Shown here one piece after another: positions 1 to 11,834 of a stretch of DNA of 64,000 nucleotides; position 1 is the first letter of the stretch, and every line of letters starts with the position of its first letter. This DNA comes from Octopus vulgaris (lineage: Eukaryota). The notes beneath the pieces were generated by a model. It saw nothing but the letters and a program-made list of their open reading frames with translations, was not told the origin of the DNA and did no database searches. A program made the position numbers and the translations under genes. The stretch lies in NCBI GenBank assembly GCA_951406725.2, contig OX597827.1, forward strand, positions 22,258,001 to 22,322,000, written 5' to 3'.

Positions 1-189
1 CATGGTTTCTACAATGGGATACTTTTCTTAATTATTTCATTTATTAGTTCTTTTGAAAGAAATTAGCTTGAAAGAATGTTGTCTGGTTGGTTAAACTATC
101 TCCCCCACCCCCCACACACAGAGCACTCCTGAAAAAAAAACCAATAAAGGAAGCAAAAACAAGGCAAGAAGAGTAACAAGTTAACTCAC

Positions 190-272
190 CCACTGTTGGC
201 ATTGATTAAAACTGTGTTGAAGTTTAAATAAGTTACAGAACGTGGAAAGTCTTCTTGGTTGCTTGTGTGTGG
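190..272 (-). CDS. WDR6: WDR6 coding exon 11 (gene continues beyond window start)
   Basis: PHTSNQEDFPRSVTYLNFNTVLINANS(G); CTTCTACAG acceptor and GTGAGT donor; open in the expected phase. Confidence 0.75.
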
Positions 273-384
273 CTGTAGAAGTATAAACACATCATATCAT
301 AACAGAACAACTTGGGTTCCAGGCCATTCTGGCAAAAACAAAGTAAAGAATGAAGTTTAAATAAGAAAATTTTAAACCATTCCA

Positions 385-750
385 GCAAACTCCACCTGTC
401 TAACACCCGTGGACATGTTTACAAAGTCAGAAAACAGCACAGCTCCCATGACTTTCGGAAACATTTTTTCACGGTAAGAGTTGCTGAAGCGTGGAACAAA
501 CTGCCAGCATCAGTTGTTAGTTGTCGGAGCACTGCATCCTTCAAAACTTCCATGCTTCCTGAGATTCGCCAACACTACACCTGATTTTCTCCCCTCCATA
601 CACACACAAGCATGTATCTGACTCATACACTGTGCACTTCCCAGACATTTGTACATTAAGGCACATGCTTCATAGGCACTTTTGACAAGTTGTGGTGCAC
701 CTGTGCACTGTATACAATAATTTCATTATTATTATTATTATTATTATAAT
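385..750 (+). mobile_element. CR1/L2-type LINE 3' end
   Basis: NTRGHVYKVRKQHSSHDFRKHFF...RVAEAWNKLP RT C-terminus (frameshifted), then a 3' UTR and (ATT)n tail. Confidence 0.8.
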
Positions 751-1297
751 AATCTCGGTTGTAACCTAAGTATTTTTATTTGGCCAGTATGTTACAGGGT
801 AAATTTTTAACACATTTCAAGGTCCTGGTAGACTTACTTTTTCCTATTATCAAATGGCTTGTATCTGTACATATCTACTACACTTGATTACTCTAAGATG
901 GTAATTCTGTTTTTAGAGTTTTTAAATCTCCTGGACTGACACACAATGCCACCTGTGCTGGGGCAGTGATGTAGGCTGGCAGCCACAGGAATTTCAAGTT
1001 CCTCCATATAATTTCTCTGGATTAAAAGAGGTGCTGGAAGAATAGTTGTTTGGGTTACCTGTGTACATATATATGCTGAAAAGATCCTGGCTTTAAGGGT
1101 ATCGCGAAAGGCCTGGTTGGAGGCCCAACCTTCCGAGTTCTTTTTACAGGGCTTAGAAAAACTGAAGGACCGCTGCAATAAGTGTGTGAATCTGAGAGGG
1201 GAATATGTTGAATAAAATCATAATTAACTGATCCTCCTCTATTTTCTTATTTTCTTTTACCTAAAGCCAAGAACTTTTCAACACTCTATAGTATATA

Positions 1298-1341
<44 letters not shown>

Positions 1342-1357
1342 AGAAAGAGACAAATAA

Positions 1358-1576
1358 GGCGGCGAGCTGGCAGAAACGTTAGCACGCTGGGCAAAATGCT
1401 TATTGGTATTTCGTCTGAGTTCTGAGTTCAAATTCCGCTGAGGTCGACTTTGCCTTTCATCCTTTCAGGGTCGATAAATTAAGTACCAGATACGCACTGG
1501 GGTCAATGTAATCCACTTAATCCCTTTGTCTGTCCTTGTTTGTCCCCTCTGTGTTTAGCCCCTTGTGGGCAATAAA
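1358..1576 (+). mobile_element. tRNA-derived SINE family A
   Basis: A box (AGCTGGCAGAAACGTTAG), B box (GAGTTCAAATTCC), conserved GCCTTTCATCCTTTC-GGGTCGATAAATTAAGTACCAG body, A tail; about 10 copies in the window. Confidence 0.85.
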
Positions 1577-2093
1577 AAAAAAAAATCTGTGTGTGTGAGT
1601 GTGTGCAGTAGGCACAGGTATGGCAGTGTGTTTAACTCTTTAGCATTTAAACTGGCCAGATTTGGCTTTTCACACATACTCTACAATGTCATTCTAAAAA
1701 TAAACAATCACATCTTCAAAAATCTCTAAATTACGAGATAATCCATGATTAATTCAAAGCAATCTGAATAAATAAGCTTTACATTTGACAGAGTAATCTG
1801 GATTCGAAATGGTTAAGAAGTTTACTTTTGCAATCGCATGGTTTTGGATTTGTTCCTGCCATGTGGCAAATGACACCTTCCGCAGACCTTGGCAGATGGA
1901 AACTGTATGGAAGCTCATTCTTTCTGAGAAACAAGTAAGGACTGATGACAAGAAGGCATCAGGCTGCAGAACCCCACCTCATAATATTTTGTCCAACCCA
2001 TGCTAGCATGAAAAATAACCCCCCAAAACACGCATAAAAATGAGGCAGACAGGCAAGTAGATATGTATGTATAAATCATAAAAATTACGTTAC

Positions 2094-2201
2094 CAAGATA
2101 GACTTGTCCAATTTTAGGTGTGTCTTGCTAATAGTTTTACAATTTTCTTCCACATTTCCAATGTTCCAAACCCGAATGCTGCAGTCACCTCCACCTGTTA
2201 C
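2094..2201 (-). CDS. WDR6: WDR6 coding exon 10
   Basis: VTGGGDCSIRVWNIGNVEENCKTISKTHLKLDKSIL, a WD40 TGGxD..IRVW repeat; CAG and GTAAC boundaries. Confidence 0.9.
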
Positions 2202-3240
2202 CTGGGAATGGAATCCAACATGACATACATTGTTATTATCTCAAGAAGAAATGACACCAACAGCAACAGGGATCCTCTATGTGATCATTCAACTTGCTAG
2301 AAACAACAGCCAAATCTCTCTCACAAACCACCTTAAAAAGTGAAGACTACATTGGATAACTGGCTCCAGTCATTCCGCTGTAGCTAAACTGGGACACTGC
2401 CTTCAGTTGTTTTACTGGATTACTGAAGGTGACCTACATTTATACTTTGTGGACCCTAGCTAACAGTTAACAAAAGCAACTGCACTTTAGGTCTCTTTTC
2501 TAAATGCAAATGGTAGGGTTTCAGGTTCGGACCTTATCCTCAGAGAAACCTCAAGCTATGAAAACAGTTCAAAGTGCAACAGCGTCGACCCTGCTGGAGT
2601 ACCCTGCCTGCCTCATGTGTCACCAAATGCAAGAGCACCAAAGTATTTATTTCATCAATTCCTATCTATTGAACTGCTAAGTTACCTCCTCCTCATTATC
2701 ATTGACATAAAAAAACACAATCTAACAACCCCTTTTTCATGGGTCCAGACATAAAAGATGAAATAGGATAGTTATAGAGAAAATAGGTTTCATCGTAAGT
2801 CAGTTGCTGTATCAGAGTTGACCTGAGGCTAAACCTTAAAAACAAGACCCTTAATATTAGTAGATGTTTTTACAAAAAGAGTAGTTATGTTGTTGGTGAT
2901 GGAGGTGTTAGAAAATATAAAGCACCAGACTACATATCTTACAGTATTGTAGCTTAATCCTTCTCATCTCAGAGATTAAATCATAAATAGTTAGAACTGC
3001 TTCACAAACACCAGGTGTCTCTTCAAGATGCCAAATTATTTGAACTTTGACCAACTGCTGACCTTCTAAAAAGCTGAAGTATAACTGGTATTACAGGACA
3101 ATGCTGTACTGTTTACATATTGGGGACGTTACATACAGTACTGTATTTTATTTATGGTGAGCTGCTGAATAGCACAACCAGTCATCACAAGAGGGACCTG
3201 TATCTTGTGTCAGTTCATAGCATCTACCTTTCTGGTCTCT

Positions 3241-3280
3241 GCTGCTGAAGAGGAAATAATCACTCTGAAATGCATACATC
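3241..3280 (+). ncRNA. Decayed minimal type-I hammerhead ribozyme motif (Penelope-type)
   Basis: GCTG-CTGAAGA-stem II remnant-GAAA-TGCA-TA-CATC; TGCA is consistent with a CpG-decayed CGCG palindrome. Confidence 0.5.
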
Positions 3281-4193
3281 CACCAGTCTGCTTAAGGAGA
3301 ACTGTATTTAACACCTATTAGTCTCCAGCAAGAAATTTTCTCCACCATCACCAAATACAGTGAATGGCTTTCTTGTGGGTTCAAATAAGCCTGAAGCATA
3401 TTTGAATTGGTAACAAGTTTGTATTTATGCACTTCACTGTTTAGTGTTGTCAGCCCATATGGTGCTCCCTTATATCTTCGTTTGTACCACTGTCACACAC
3501 ACACACACAAATCTCCTAAACTCACATTTCAGTTCTGCCACAAATCTAGGCTAGTGTTGCTATAGTTACACAGACACAAATAGCTAAGACCCACACCCAA
3601 AACACTTCAGCGCCGGTCAGTTGATGTTCCTTTTCCTCTAAAGTTCTGGTTGATTCAACTCTCATCATGTTGCAACCACAAACCCTCAGACACACTGTCA
3701 TGGCCACTGCTACCCTGAACCCTCTAACAATATACCCCTATCAACACATCTCCACTGCTCTCCAGATCCAATACTAAATATTCCACTCCATCCTACCTTG
3801 AATTGTCACCCACTGAAATTCCTTTCCTTCCTAGCAACATTCATCAGCCCCTTTCCCGCTGATGAAACAGTTTTACCATATGGTGCCTTTTTACAGCTAA
3901 GTGGACTGTACTTGCCACATGGTATGATCCCCCCACCCCCATACCGCACTGTTTCCCTCACAACTCATCAACCCTTCCCCAGACACCTTAACCATTTCCA
4001 TTCCATGATTGTAAGGCTTTTGGAATTCTCCACTGACCAACATAGATTTTTCCCACATGTTTTGATGGAGAAATATTTTTATTGACCATGTCCCATACCA
4101 ATCTGTTTAGTGTAGGAGGGTCTAGAAAGACTGTAGGCACTGTCCCCGTACTCCTCCTTCTAACTAAACCCTTAATAAGAAAGGTTTACTCAC

Positions 4194-4241
4194 TGCAATA
4201 GTTTCTTCTTCATCTATGGCCAGGCTCCAGATACTCTTGCC
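4194..4241 (-). CDS. WDR6: WDR6 coding exon 9
   Basis: GKSIWSLAIDEEETIA; TTTCAG and GTGAGT boundaries; 48 nt. Confidence 0.9.
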
Positions 4242-4949
4242 CTGAAATACAACAACATCTACATACATTATATAGACATACACATGTAAATGTATAGACA
4301 CATACAGAAAGCAACAATATCTCTAAAAAAAAAAAAAAGTAATAGGGTGGCTATATTACTATTAATATATTTTATTATCAATCTCATGTTAGTTAAATTA
4401 GCAAATAGTTTCATACCAGAGATGGAAAACTAAATCCAGCAATCATCAGAAATGGCTGCATGGAAGAGTATGGCTTGGAATCTTTGTTACTGTAGGCCTG
4501 AAAGTGTTACATTCAGATTGGTTTTAAAACCGTGTGTGGTTGCATACATCCAGGTGTACGTATTCAGGCTGGTATGTAACAAAGTTGGGTGTACGGGGAA
4601 CAAACAACTCCTCACGCTGTGTCCAGGGGAAGGACTAATGCTTAAAATTTTAACTGACCAATTTACTAAATCATGAAGGCAGGAGCTAACCCCTCACCTT
4701 TAAAGTTTAGGTAGGAGACGTGGCTAAAGGGAGTTCTTCATTATGATTCTTTTCCCAGCCAGCAGAATCTGCCTCCTACTACTGCTGTTAGTAGTAATGG
4801 AACGCACTTGCATAATATCCCTCGATGTCATAATGTGCAGTACTTTCCTTCAATGTCTATACATGTCTCACTAGGAATGTCATATGATGCCTCTCTTGGA
4901 TATTAAATGAGGACATGTGGTTGTTGAACCTGGTCCTGAAGCATAATAT

Positions 4950-5545
4950 AGTATTAATATGGTAGACCCAGGAAGACATGGGACGAGGTGGTCAAGCATG
5001 ACCTTCGTATGTTGAACCTCACAGAGGCTATGACGAAAGACCGAGTCCTCTGGAGATATGCTATGACTTCGAAGACCCGACGAATGAAGTGAGTTCATGG
5101 CTTGCAGGATGGCCTGCTGTGCTAACCTTGGATCGTAGAGTGACCCGCTGTTCTTGAGGAGACCTATTGAGTCAAGTACGTTAACACCAACATCAAATGA
5201 AAATTGAATGGAAATAGTAGTTAAGACACCTGTGCTGGTGATACGTTAAAAGAAAAGCACCGTCCAAATGTGACAGATGCCTGACTGGCGTCTGTGTCGG
5301 TGACATGTAAAAGCACCAACCGATCGTGGCCGTTTGCTAGTCCCCTCTGGCCTCTGTGCCAGTGGCACGTAAAAAAGCACCCACTACACTCACGGAGTGG
5401 TTGGCGTTAGGAAGGCCATCCAGCTGAAGAAACACTGCCAGATCGGACTGGAGCCTGGTGCAGCCACCTGGCTTCCCAGACCCCAGTCGAACCGTCCAAC
5501 CCATGCCAGCATGGAAAACGGACGTTAAACGATGATGATGATGAA
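4950..5545 (+). mobile_element. RTE-clade LINE 3' end and 3' UTR
   Basis: GRPRKTWDEVVKHDLRMLNLTEAMTKDRVLWR, followed by a repeated UTR ending GGACGTTAAACGATGATGATG; the same tail recurs at about 11900-11990 and 12870-13175. Confidence 0.8.
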
Positions 5546-5689
5546 TAACAGCAACAATATGAGAGAAAGCCCTTGGTCCATCAGAAATTACTGCTGAGCT
5601 GCTTAAAATATCTGGAGGAGTGAGATACAACCTAGTTACCTGTCTAGTTAATCACGAGAGAGTGATACCAAACAATTGGTGCAGCAGCA

Positions 5690-6175
5690 TTATAGTTAAC
5701 TGCAACAAAGGCAAAGGTGATGCCTTGGACAAGAATAATGACAAAAGTATGAAATTGCTGGACTAGGTCATGAAAGTTACAGAAAGGGTCAAAGGGTCAT
5801 AGCTCAACTAATTGGGGAGAGAGTTAGCCTAGATAAGATGCAGTTTGGTTTTGTGCCAGGGAGAAGCTCTACTAATGCTATATTCCTGGTAAGACAACTG
5901 CAGGAGAAGTATTAACCAAAAATAAACCTCTGCACTTGGCTTTTGATGACATGGAGAAAGCCTTTGATAGGGTCCCTTGGGAGTTCACTGCAGAAGCTAT
6001 GGGTAGATGAGTGGTTGGAGAGAGAGCTGTCCAAGCCATGTACAGGGATGTTGTTAGTAAGGTGAAAGTCAGTAATGAGTATGGCAAGGAACTGAGAGTG
6101 CAGGTAGGAGTTCACCAAGGATTGGCTCTCAGCTCCCTCTTATTTCTCATAGTCTGTCAGGCTATAACATAGAGG
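5690..6175 (+). mobile_element. RTE-clade reverse transcriptase fragment (pseudogenised)
   Basis: KGKGDA...MQFGFVPGRSSTNAIFLVRQLQEKY...LAFDDMEKAFDRVP...VQVGVHQG, with stops and frameshifts. Confidence 0.85.
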
Positions 6176-6482
6176 CTGCATATGAGAGAGAGAGAGATGT
6201 AGTGGAATGGAGGAACACAAAAGTAGGTAGGTTCACAAGAGTGAGGAAAATGGTGTGACAGATGATTAAAGGTGGAGATTGTTGTACCAATGAAACTGCC
6301 TTCAAATCACACCTAAGCCAATCAATAAAGTGGTGGTGGTGGTGGTGGTGGGAGGGTTAGGGTTATAGCATGAAGTGTTAGAGATGGTTGTATGAAAGGA
6401 CAGAAAACAGAGATGAAAATCAAAGAATAGAAGAGACCAAGCTGAAGTCTTGAGGATGTCATCTATGTGACCTTTGACCCAC

Positions 6483-6545
6483 CTTATGACCTTTGAATTT
6501 CTGAATTATTTGACCTTCTGCATTCCAAATACAACAAGCTGCATC
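6483..6545 (-). CDS. WDR6: WDR6 coding exon 8
   Basis: DAACCIWNAEGQIIQKFKGHK, completing the GED...W motif; CAG and GTGGGT boundaries; 63 nt. Confidence 0.9.
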
Positions 6546-7299
6546 CTGGGAAAAGAGGAAAGAAATGAAACAAAACTATTAAAGAGAATTTTGCAAAATC
6601 AATTTACTACTGTTGTTAAAGAACAGTGGCTTCTCCCTACTGGTGTCAGTGGTGAGAAGCCACTGGGAATAGGTAAGGATGTATAGGACAATGACAAAAA
6701 CAAACACAACAATAATCGTATGATGGGAAAAGGCTGTGCGGTCACACGATGGGCAGATATGGGGGGTAATGCATAGAACAATGAAAATGTAATACAGGAT
6801 GGAAATGAAAACAGGACAAACAGAAAGTCAGAATGAAAGATGAAGGAAAAAAATAGGAGCAGAGAGAAACTTGACCAAGAGAGCCATCACCTCACCATTG
6901 ACTGTCAGTCATGTTTCTCTGCTCCTACAGATTTTCTACACCATTTGGTTTCTTCATCTTTCGTTCTGACTTTCTATCTGTCTCTTTCTTGTTTCCATCC
7001 TATTGGACATTTTCGTTGTCCTTTGCATTATCCCTCATTTGTCCATCTTGTGGCCGCACAGCCTTTTTCTTTTGTTGTTGTGTATGTATAATTATTATAT
7101 GTTGTCATGTTCGTTTCTATCACTGTCCTGTGCGCCATTAGCTTTTCCCAATCGCTTCTCACCCCTGGCGCCACCAAAAGGGAACAATGTCATTGTTAAA
7201 GGCGCGAAATTGTTATGATCTTTTGGACGTTGACTGATGAGGAATTAGCAACAAATTTTTCGCTTTTTGTGTTTTTGTTAAATTTTTGGAATATATATG

Positions 7300-7710
7300 A
7301 TGGCCGTCCACTCGTGATCGAGGAAGACCATTGCTGACCCTCAGGAACATTGTGCGCTCTAAGACTAACTTACATTCTGCATATGCAGCTCTGTTGGTGG
7401 CTAATGAACTCTGCTCTTGACAAGCATACACGACTGCAAACATTGCAGACCAAGCTTTCCCCATTCACTACACTAGCAGTGCACTTTCAAGCAACAAGCT
7501 TAAGTTCTTCATGCAGAATACGTGCTCTCTCTAAAGTGTCGAACCCCACTCCTTAACCTGCTTCCTCCATCTGAGGTGATGACAGGCAGTGCTCTCCCAG
7601 TCAGTCTCCTGCATATCACAGGCCTTTAATGAGGACTTGACACAGTCCTTAAATTGCAGCCTTAGTTTCTACTGGGGTCTCTTTCCATTCACAAGTTCCC
7701 CATTTAGCAT
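7300..7710 (-). mobile_element. RTE/BovB-like LINE 3' end with terminal Cys/His motif
   Basis: Minus-strand frame ...ERARILHEELK...LVCNVCSRVCLSRAEFISHQQSC. Confidence 0.65.
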
Positions 7711-7959
7711 CTGTTTATATATATAAATATATATATACACACACACACACATATATACATACATACATACATATATTCATGGTTTGTTTTTAATGTTGCT
7801 ATGGATTTGAAGGTTTGCTTTACAGTTATCATTACTGACCTGGGTGTTCTGATATCATGCATGCGAGGCCCAGCATCCTGAAATCAGTTTCCGTTAGTCA
7901 GATAGAGTTATAGGCCTTTACTTAAGAATCGCTCAGTAAAGCTAGACAAAACAACATAC

Positions 7960-8193
7960 TTCTCCAATGCTTATGATTCCAGTCGTCAACAGTAGAGCCC
8001 TCCATACTCTTGCTGAGTGGCCATATAATACATGGACAATTTCACTGGTGGCCATCGCCCAGTCTTCAGGCCAAATAGATTCAGGAGCATTCTTCCCTTG
8101 GAATGTGAGCTTCCATACTCGGATACTTCGGTCATCCGAAACACTGCACATCAGTTGTTGGCGCTGATGGTAATGGATTGAGAAAATCACTCC
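7960..8193 (-). CDS. WDR6: WDR6 coding exon 7
   Basis: GVIFSIHY...CSVSDDRSIRVW...LYGHSARVW...IISIGE, canonical WDR6 WD40 repeats; CAG and GTATG boundaries; 234 nt. Confidence 0.95.
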
Positions 8194-8987
8194 CTGGATA
8201 GAAGCAATATAAATAAAAGAAAAAAAGTATCAACTTTGAGTGCAACATTTTAATTGAAGATACATAAAGGGAGGGGAATAGTTCTCTATACATTTGAATA
8301 TCTCTAGGGACCATTTGAGATTCATGACTAGAAAAAAAAAACAAAACATCTTTGACTGAATAACATTGGATATGAATAGAAATAAAAAGCAATAATATCT
8401 GGATATGTCATACTAGGAATATGATTGGCAAAGTGAATATAAGCATTGATAAAGTATCAAGCATTAAATGTAGGAGTTTAGTGAGAGGACAAAGGTTCAA
8501 TCCTTAGGTAAGGTAATAAACACTGGCTCAAGCAGAACAAGTGGGCAACACCACATGTTGGAGACTGGTCTTGCTATGGTCAACTCTAAGAGAACAACTA
8601 AACTCCATGGATTTATTAACAAGCTTGGTTTCAAGTTCCAAGAATATTATCAAATATGACAGATACCAATAAAAGGGGTCAGAGGGTAAAATGACTGAAA
8701 TATTGTAATTAACAAGGAAAACGAGAAGACTAATCTGATTCTATCAGGGTATAATATTGCGTAGTACACCATCCAGCAGACAAGTACTTTGGTATATGTG
8801 TGGAGTGAGGGAACGAAGAAAGGAGAGAGAGAGAGAGAGGTAGAGAGAGGAGGAGTGGATAAAATGTGAAGAAAACAAGTCTAGAGTAAGGTGGAGGGCA
8901 TAGATGTAGAGTGCAGAGTAGTGGTAGGTGTGGAAAGGAGGTAGGGTGAGGAGGTAGTAGAAGTTAGAAGCTAAAGAACCAACTCAC

Positions 8988-9147
8988 CTGATGTCCTGTG
9001 AAGTATTGCAATGGCTTACTGAAGGTTTGACCAGAGTGATCAACTGTGGTGTTGACCACAGGTGACCACACTACAACCTGGTTGAACACTGTACCAGAAG
9101 CTAACAGCAGCTGGTTCCAACTGACTCCTATAAAATGTGCAGAGTAT
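8988..9147 (-). CDS. WDR6: WDR6 coding exon 6
   Basis: YSAHFIGVSWNQLLLASGTVFNQVVVWSP...PLQYFTGHQ with the GTVFN motif; GTGAGT donor; phase 2/0. Confidence 0.92.
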
Positions 9148-9689
9148 CTGGTTAACGAGTTAAAGATTACAGAGATGCTGTTTAACCCCAGGTCAGCCCC
9201 AGGAGGGTATAATTTGAAGGAGAGAAGGTTGAGATAGATGTGATGTCATTGTGGTTGGGTTTATGATGATGACATTACAATGTAGGAGTGGCTGTGTGGT
9301 AAGTAGCTTGCTTACGAACTACATGGTTCAGGGTTCAGTCCCACTGCGTGGCACCTTGGGCAAGTGTCTTCTACTATAGCCTTGGGCCAACCAAAGCCTT
9401 GTGAGTGGATTTGGTAGACGGAAACTGAAAGAAGCCCGTCGTATATATGTGTGTGTGTGTGTATGTTTGTGTGTCTGTGTTTGTCCCCACCAACATCGCT
9501 TGACAACCGATGCTGGTGTTTTTAGGTCCCTGTAACTTAGCGGTTCGACAAAAGAGACCAATAGAATAAGTACTAGGCTTACAAAGGATAAGTCCTGGGG
9601 TCGATTTGCTCGACTGAAGGCAGTGCTCCAGCATGGCCACAGTCAAATGAGTGAAACAAGTAAAAGAGTAAGGGTGAGTAAGTACAATC

Positions 9690-9733
<44 letters not shown>

Positions 9734-9747
9734 CAATGAAAGGATAC
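9148..9747 (-). other. U12-type (minor spliceosome) GT-AG intron of WDR6
   Basis: 5' splice site GTATCCTTT; branch-like TCTTTAAC about 8 nt upstream of the terminal CAG; no polypyrimidine tract. Splicing restores the conserved CILYSA motif. Confidence 0.85.
9282..9668 (+). mobile_element. tRNA-derived SINE family B, inside the U12 intron
   Basis: GTGGCTGTGTGGTAAG A box, GGGTTCAGTCCC B box, ACCTTGGGCAAGT core-like segment, internal (TG)n; other copies at 23272-23692(-), 40345-40700(-) and 55995-56158(+). Confidence 0.85.
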
Positions 9748-9866
9748 AGAATACATTGTTCCTGACAGTGAACATAATTAAGCAGTTGGTCAGCCGTCCA
9801 ATTCCATTGAACAATGACATTGTGGCCCAATGTAATGGCAAGATTGCTGTTTGGACATTGGTCAGT
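9748..9866 (-). CDS. WDR6: WDR6 coding exon 5
   Basis: TDQCPNSNLAITLGHNVIVQWNWTADQLLNYVHCQEQCI(L); followed by U12-type donor GTATCCTTT; phase 0/2. Confidence 0.9.
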
Positions 9867-10064
9867 CTGGAAACAAGATGGAGATAGAGGCAAAAATATA
9901 TAGAAGCAAAACACAATTTAGAAAACTGTACTAAGATATATTTATAGAAATTAATTTCAGAGTATTAGATAATTATTATTCAATTATTAAATTAAAAATT
10001 ACGTGTTGGGTGCATGTGTGTATATCAAAATGATGGGGTTAGAAGTTAATAATGTTCTTCGTAC

Positions 10065-10131
10065 ATTTGTCAGCCATCGAACATCCCAGATCCAATCCTG
10101 AAATTCTCGACTTCTGTGTTCCTCTGTGATT
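10065..10131 (-). CDS. WDR6: WDR6 coding exon 4
   Basis: ITEEHRSREFQDWIWDVRWLTN containing the WDR6-typical DWIWDVRWL motif; CAG acceptor, GTACG donor; phase 2/0. Confidence 0.9.
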
Positions 10132-10755
10132 CTGTTAAAAGAAAATATTCAGTAAATTTAATGGGGGTGGGGTGGGGGGACACAGGGAGAATTAGTAAAT
10201 ACTTCCATCACCATCGTCATCATCATCCTAGACATTATCATCTCAATATGGGGTCTTCTACTCGTTTGATCAACCCAGTAGCTATAGCAACCAAATCTCT
10301 CTCAATTCATTCATCACCCTCTTTGCAAAATAAGAAGAAAAAAAAAACATTGGACAATGTAAAGCGGGTAATAAGACAAAAGGACAGGGTGGTCATGGCT
10401 GGAATGGATTTGATCAGAGCTCATGAGATGAGATGATTACATAACAAGAACTTCACTACTTCCACTATCCTCAGCATCACTATCATCATCATCTACAACA
10501 TCCCCGCATCCATCTTTATCATCACCACCCACAACACCATAACAAATACCATTACCACACCACTACCACCCTCAACAAATACCCCACATCCACACCACCA
10601 CCATCACTGCTACCATCATCATCATTGTTCATGACAAGCAATGGTTCCCCCCCCCCCACCCAAACCGGTTATAATGACCATACTGGATCCAGTCGAACAT
10701 TTTCACAAAGAATAAATAACAGCAGTAAAAACAACATAAAAACAAAAATATTTAC

Positions 10756-10846
10756 CTTTTGCCAGAATAGGAAACAATATTGAGTATCTTCTCACCATAA
10801 ATGCAGAGGAAACCTTCTGTGGGGGTGGTCGTGGTAGTCGTGTGGT
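10756..10846 (-). CDS. WDR6: WDR6 coding exon 3
   Basis: TTTTCAG acceptor, GTAAA donor; (D)HTTTTTTPTEGFLCIYGEKILNIVSYSGK(R); phase 1/2. An alternative in-frame acceptor would start the exon at 10816. Confidence 0.75.
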
Positions 10847-11735
10847 CTGAAAATGGAAATGGGAGAAGTAATTTGGTTAGGGTGGTGGTGGTGGTGGAGT
10901 AGGAGTAATTAGGGAGTAGAAGTGGTTTAGAGTAGAGCAGTGGTGATAGGGGGGAGAAGAGGAGACAGTATGGTCACATGGGGAATTAGGGTAACAGTTC
11001 TAATCAGTCAGGGCTGGCCTAACATTAACAGCTATGACACAAACCACATCAGCGTTAGACGTCTTACTTGGAAATGCAATCAATGAGACACTAGTAAGAT
11101 TTTAACTTATAACTATGAGCTCAGTAGGTCACCTCATTACCAACCTTGAAGTCAGTGTTTGTTTCTCAGAGGTGGATGAGCAGCACCAACGGCATTCCTC
11201 AGGATTCCAAGGCCCATAAGAGGAAGAAAGTAAGAGTGAAGACCTGGTCCCTATAATTACAAAGAGCATGGATGATGATGATGGTGATGATGATGATGGT
11301 GATGATGATGTGGACCCTACTGAATTTACCCTCAGACCATGTGGTGGTGTTAAACTGGGCAAAGGATTAATTTTACCACCCGAGAACTGGAATGATCGTT
11401 GGCAACAGACTTCCACATGATCTTTCGGAGAAATTCCACTTAGAATGATTTGACTGATTGACCTAAGGCTAAGGTAGAAGACATTTGACCAAAGTTCTGT
11501 GCAGTGGGATTGAACCAAAAACCACCAAGATTCCATTTCTTAGCAGTAGGTCAACTTGTAAGTTCCTTGATTGTAGGTCGATGGTTCAAAATGAACTTCT
11601 TACATAGCCAGGCCCTGCAACTGCGGAAAATCTGCTCCCCATCCCCTGAAACATGGTTGATAAATAAAGAATTCAAGGAAGAAACAAGAAAATTCGAAAA
11701 TATAAAAAGAAAACTACAAAAATACAAGAACTTAC

Positions 11736-11834
11736 CTTTTTCAATGCCATGAATGTTATGATGAGGTAAAACTTTTGTAGATTGTAGTCTGTGAGTTGTG
11801 ATCAAGTCATAGATGTGTAAATAACAACCAATAC
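11736..11834 (-). CDS. WDR6: WDR6 coding exon 2
   Basis: TAG acceptor, GTAAG donor; (G)IGCYLHIYDLITTHRLQSTKVLPHHNIHGIEK with the IHG motif; phase 1/1, compatible with both neighbours. Confidence 0.85.
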
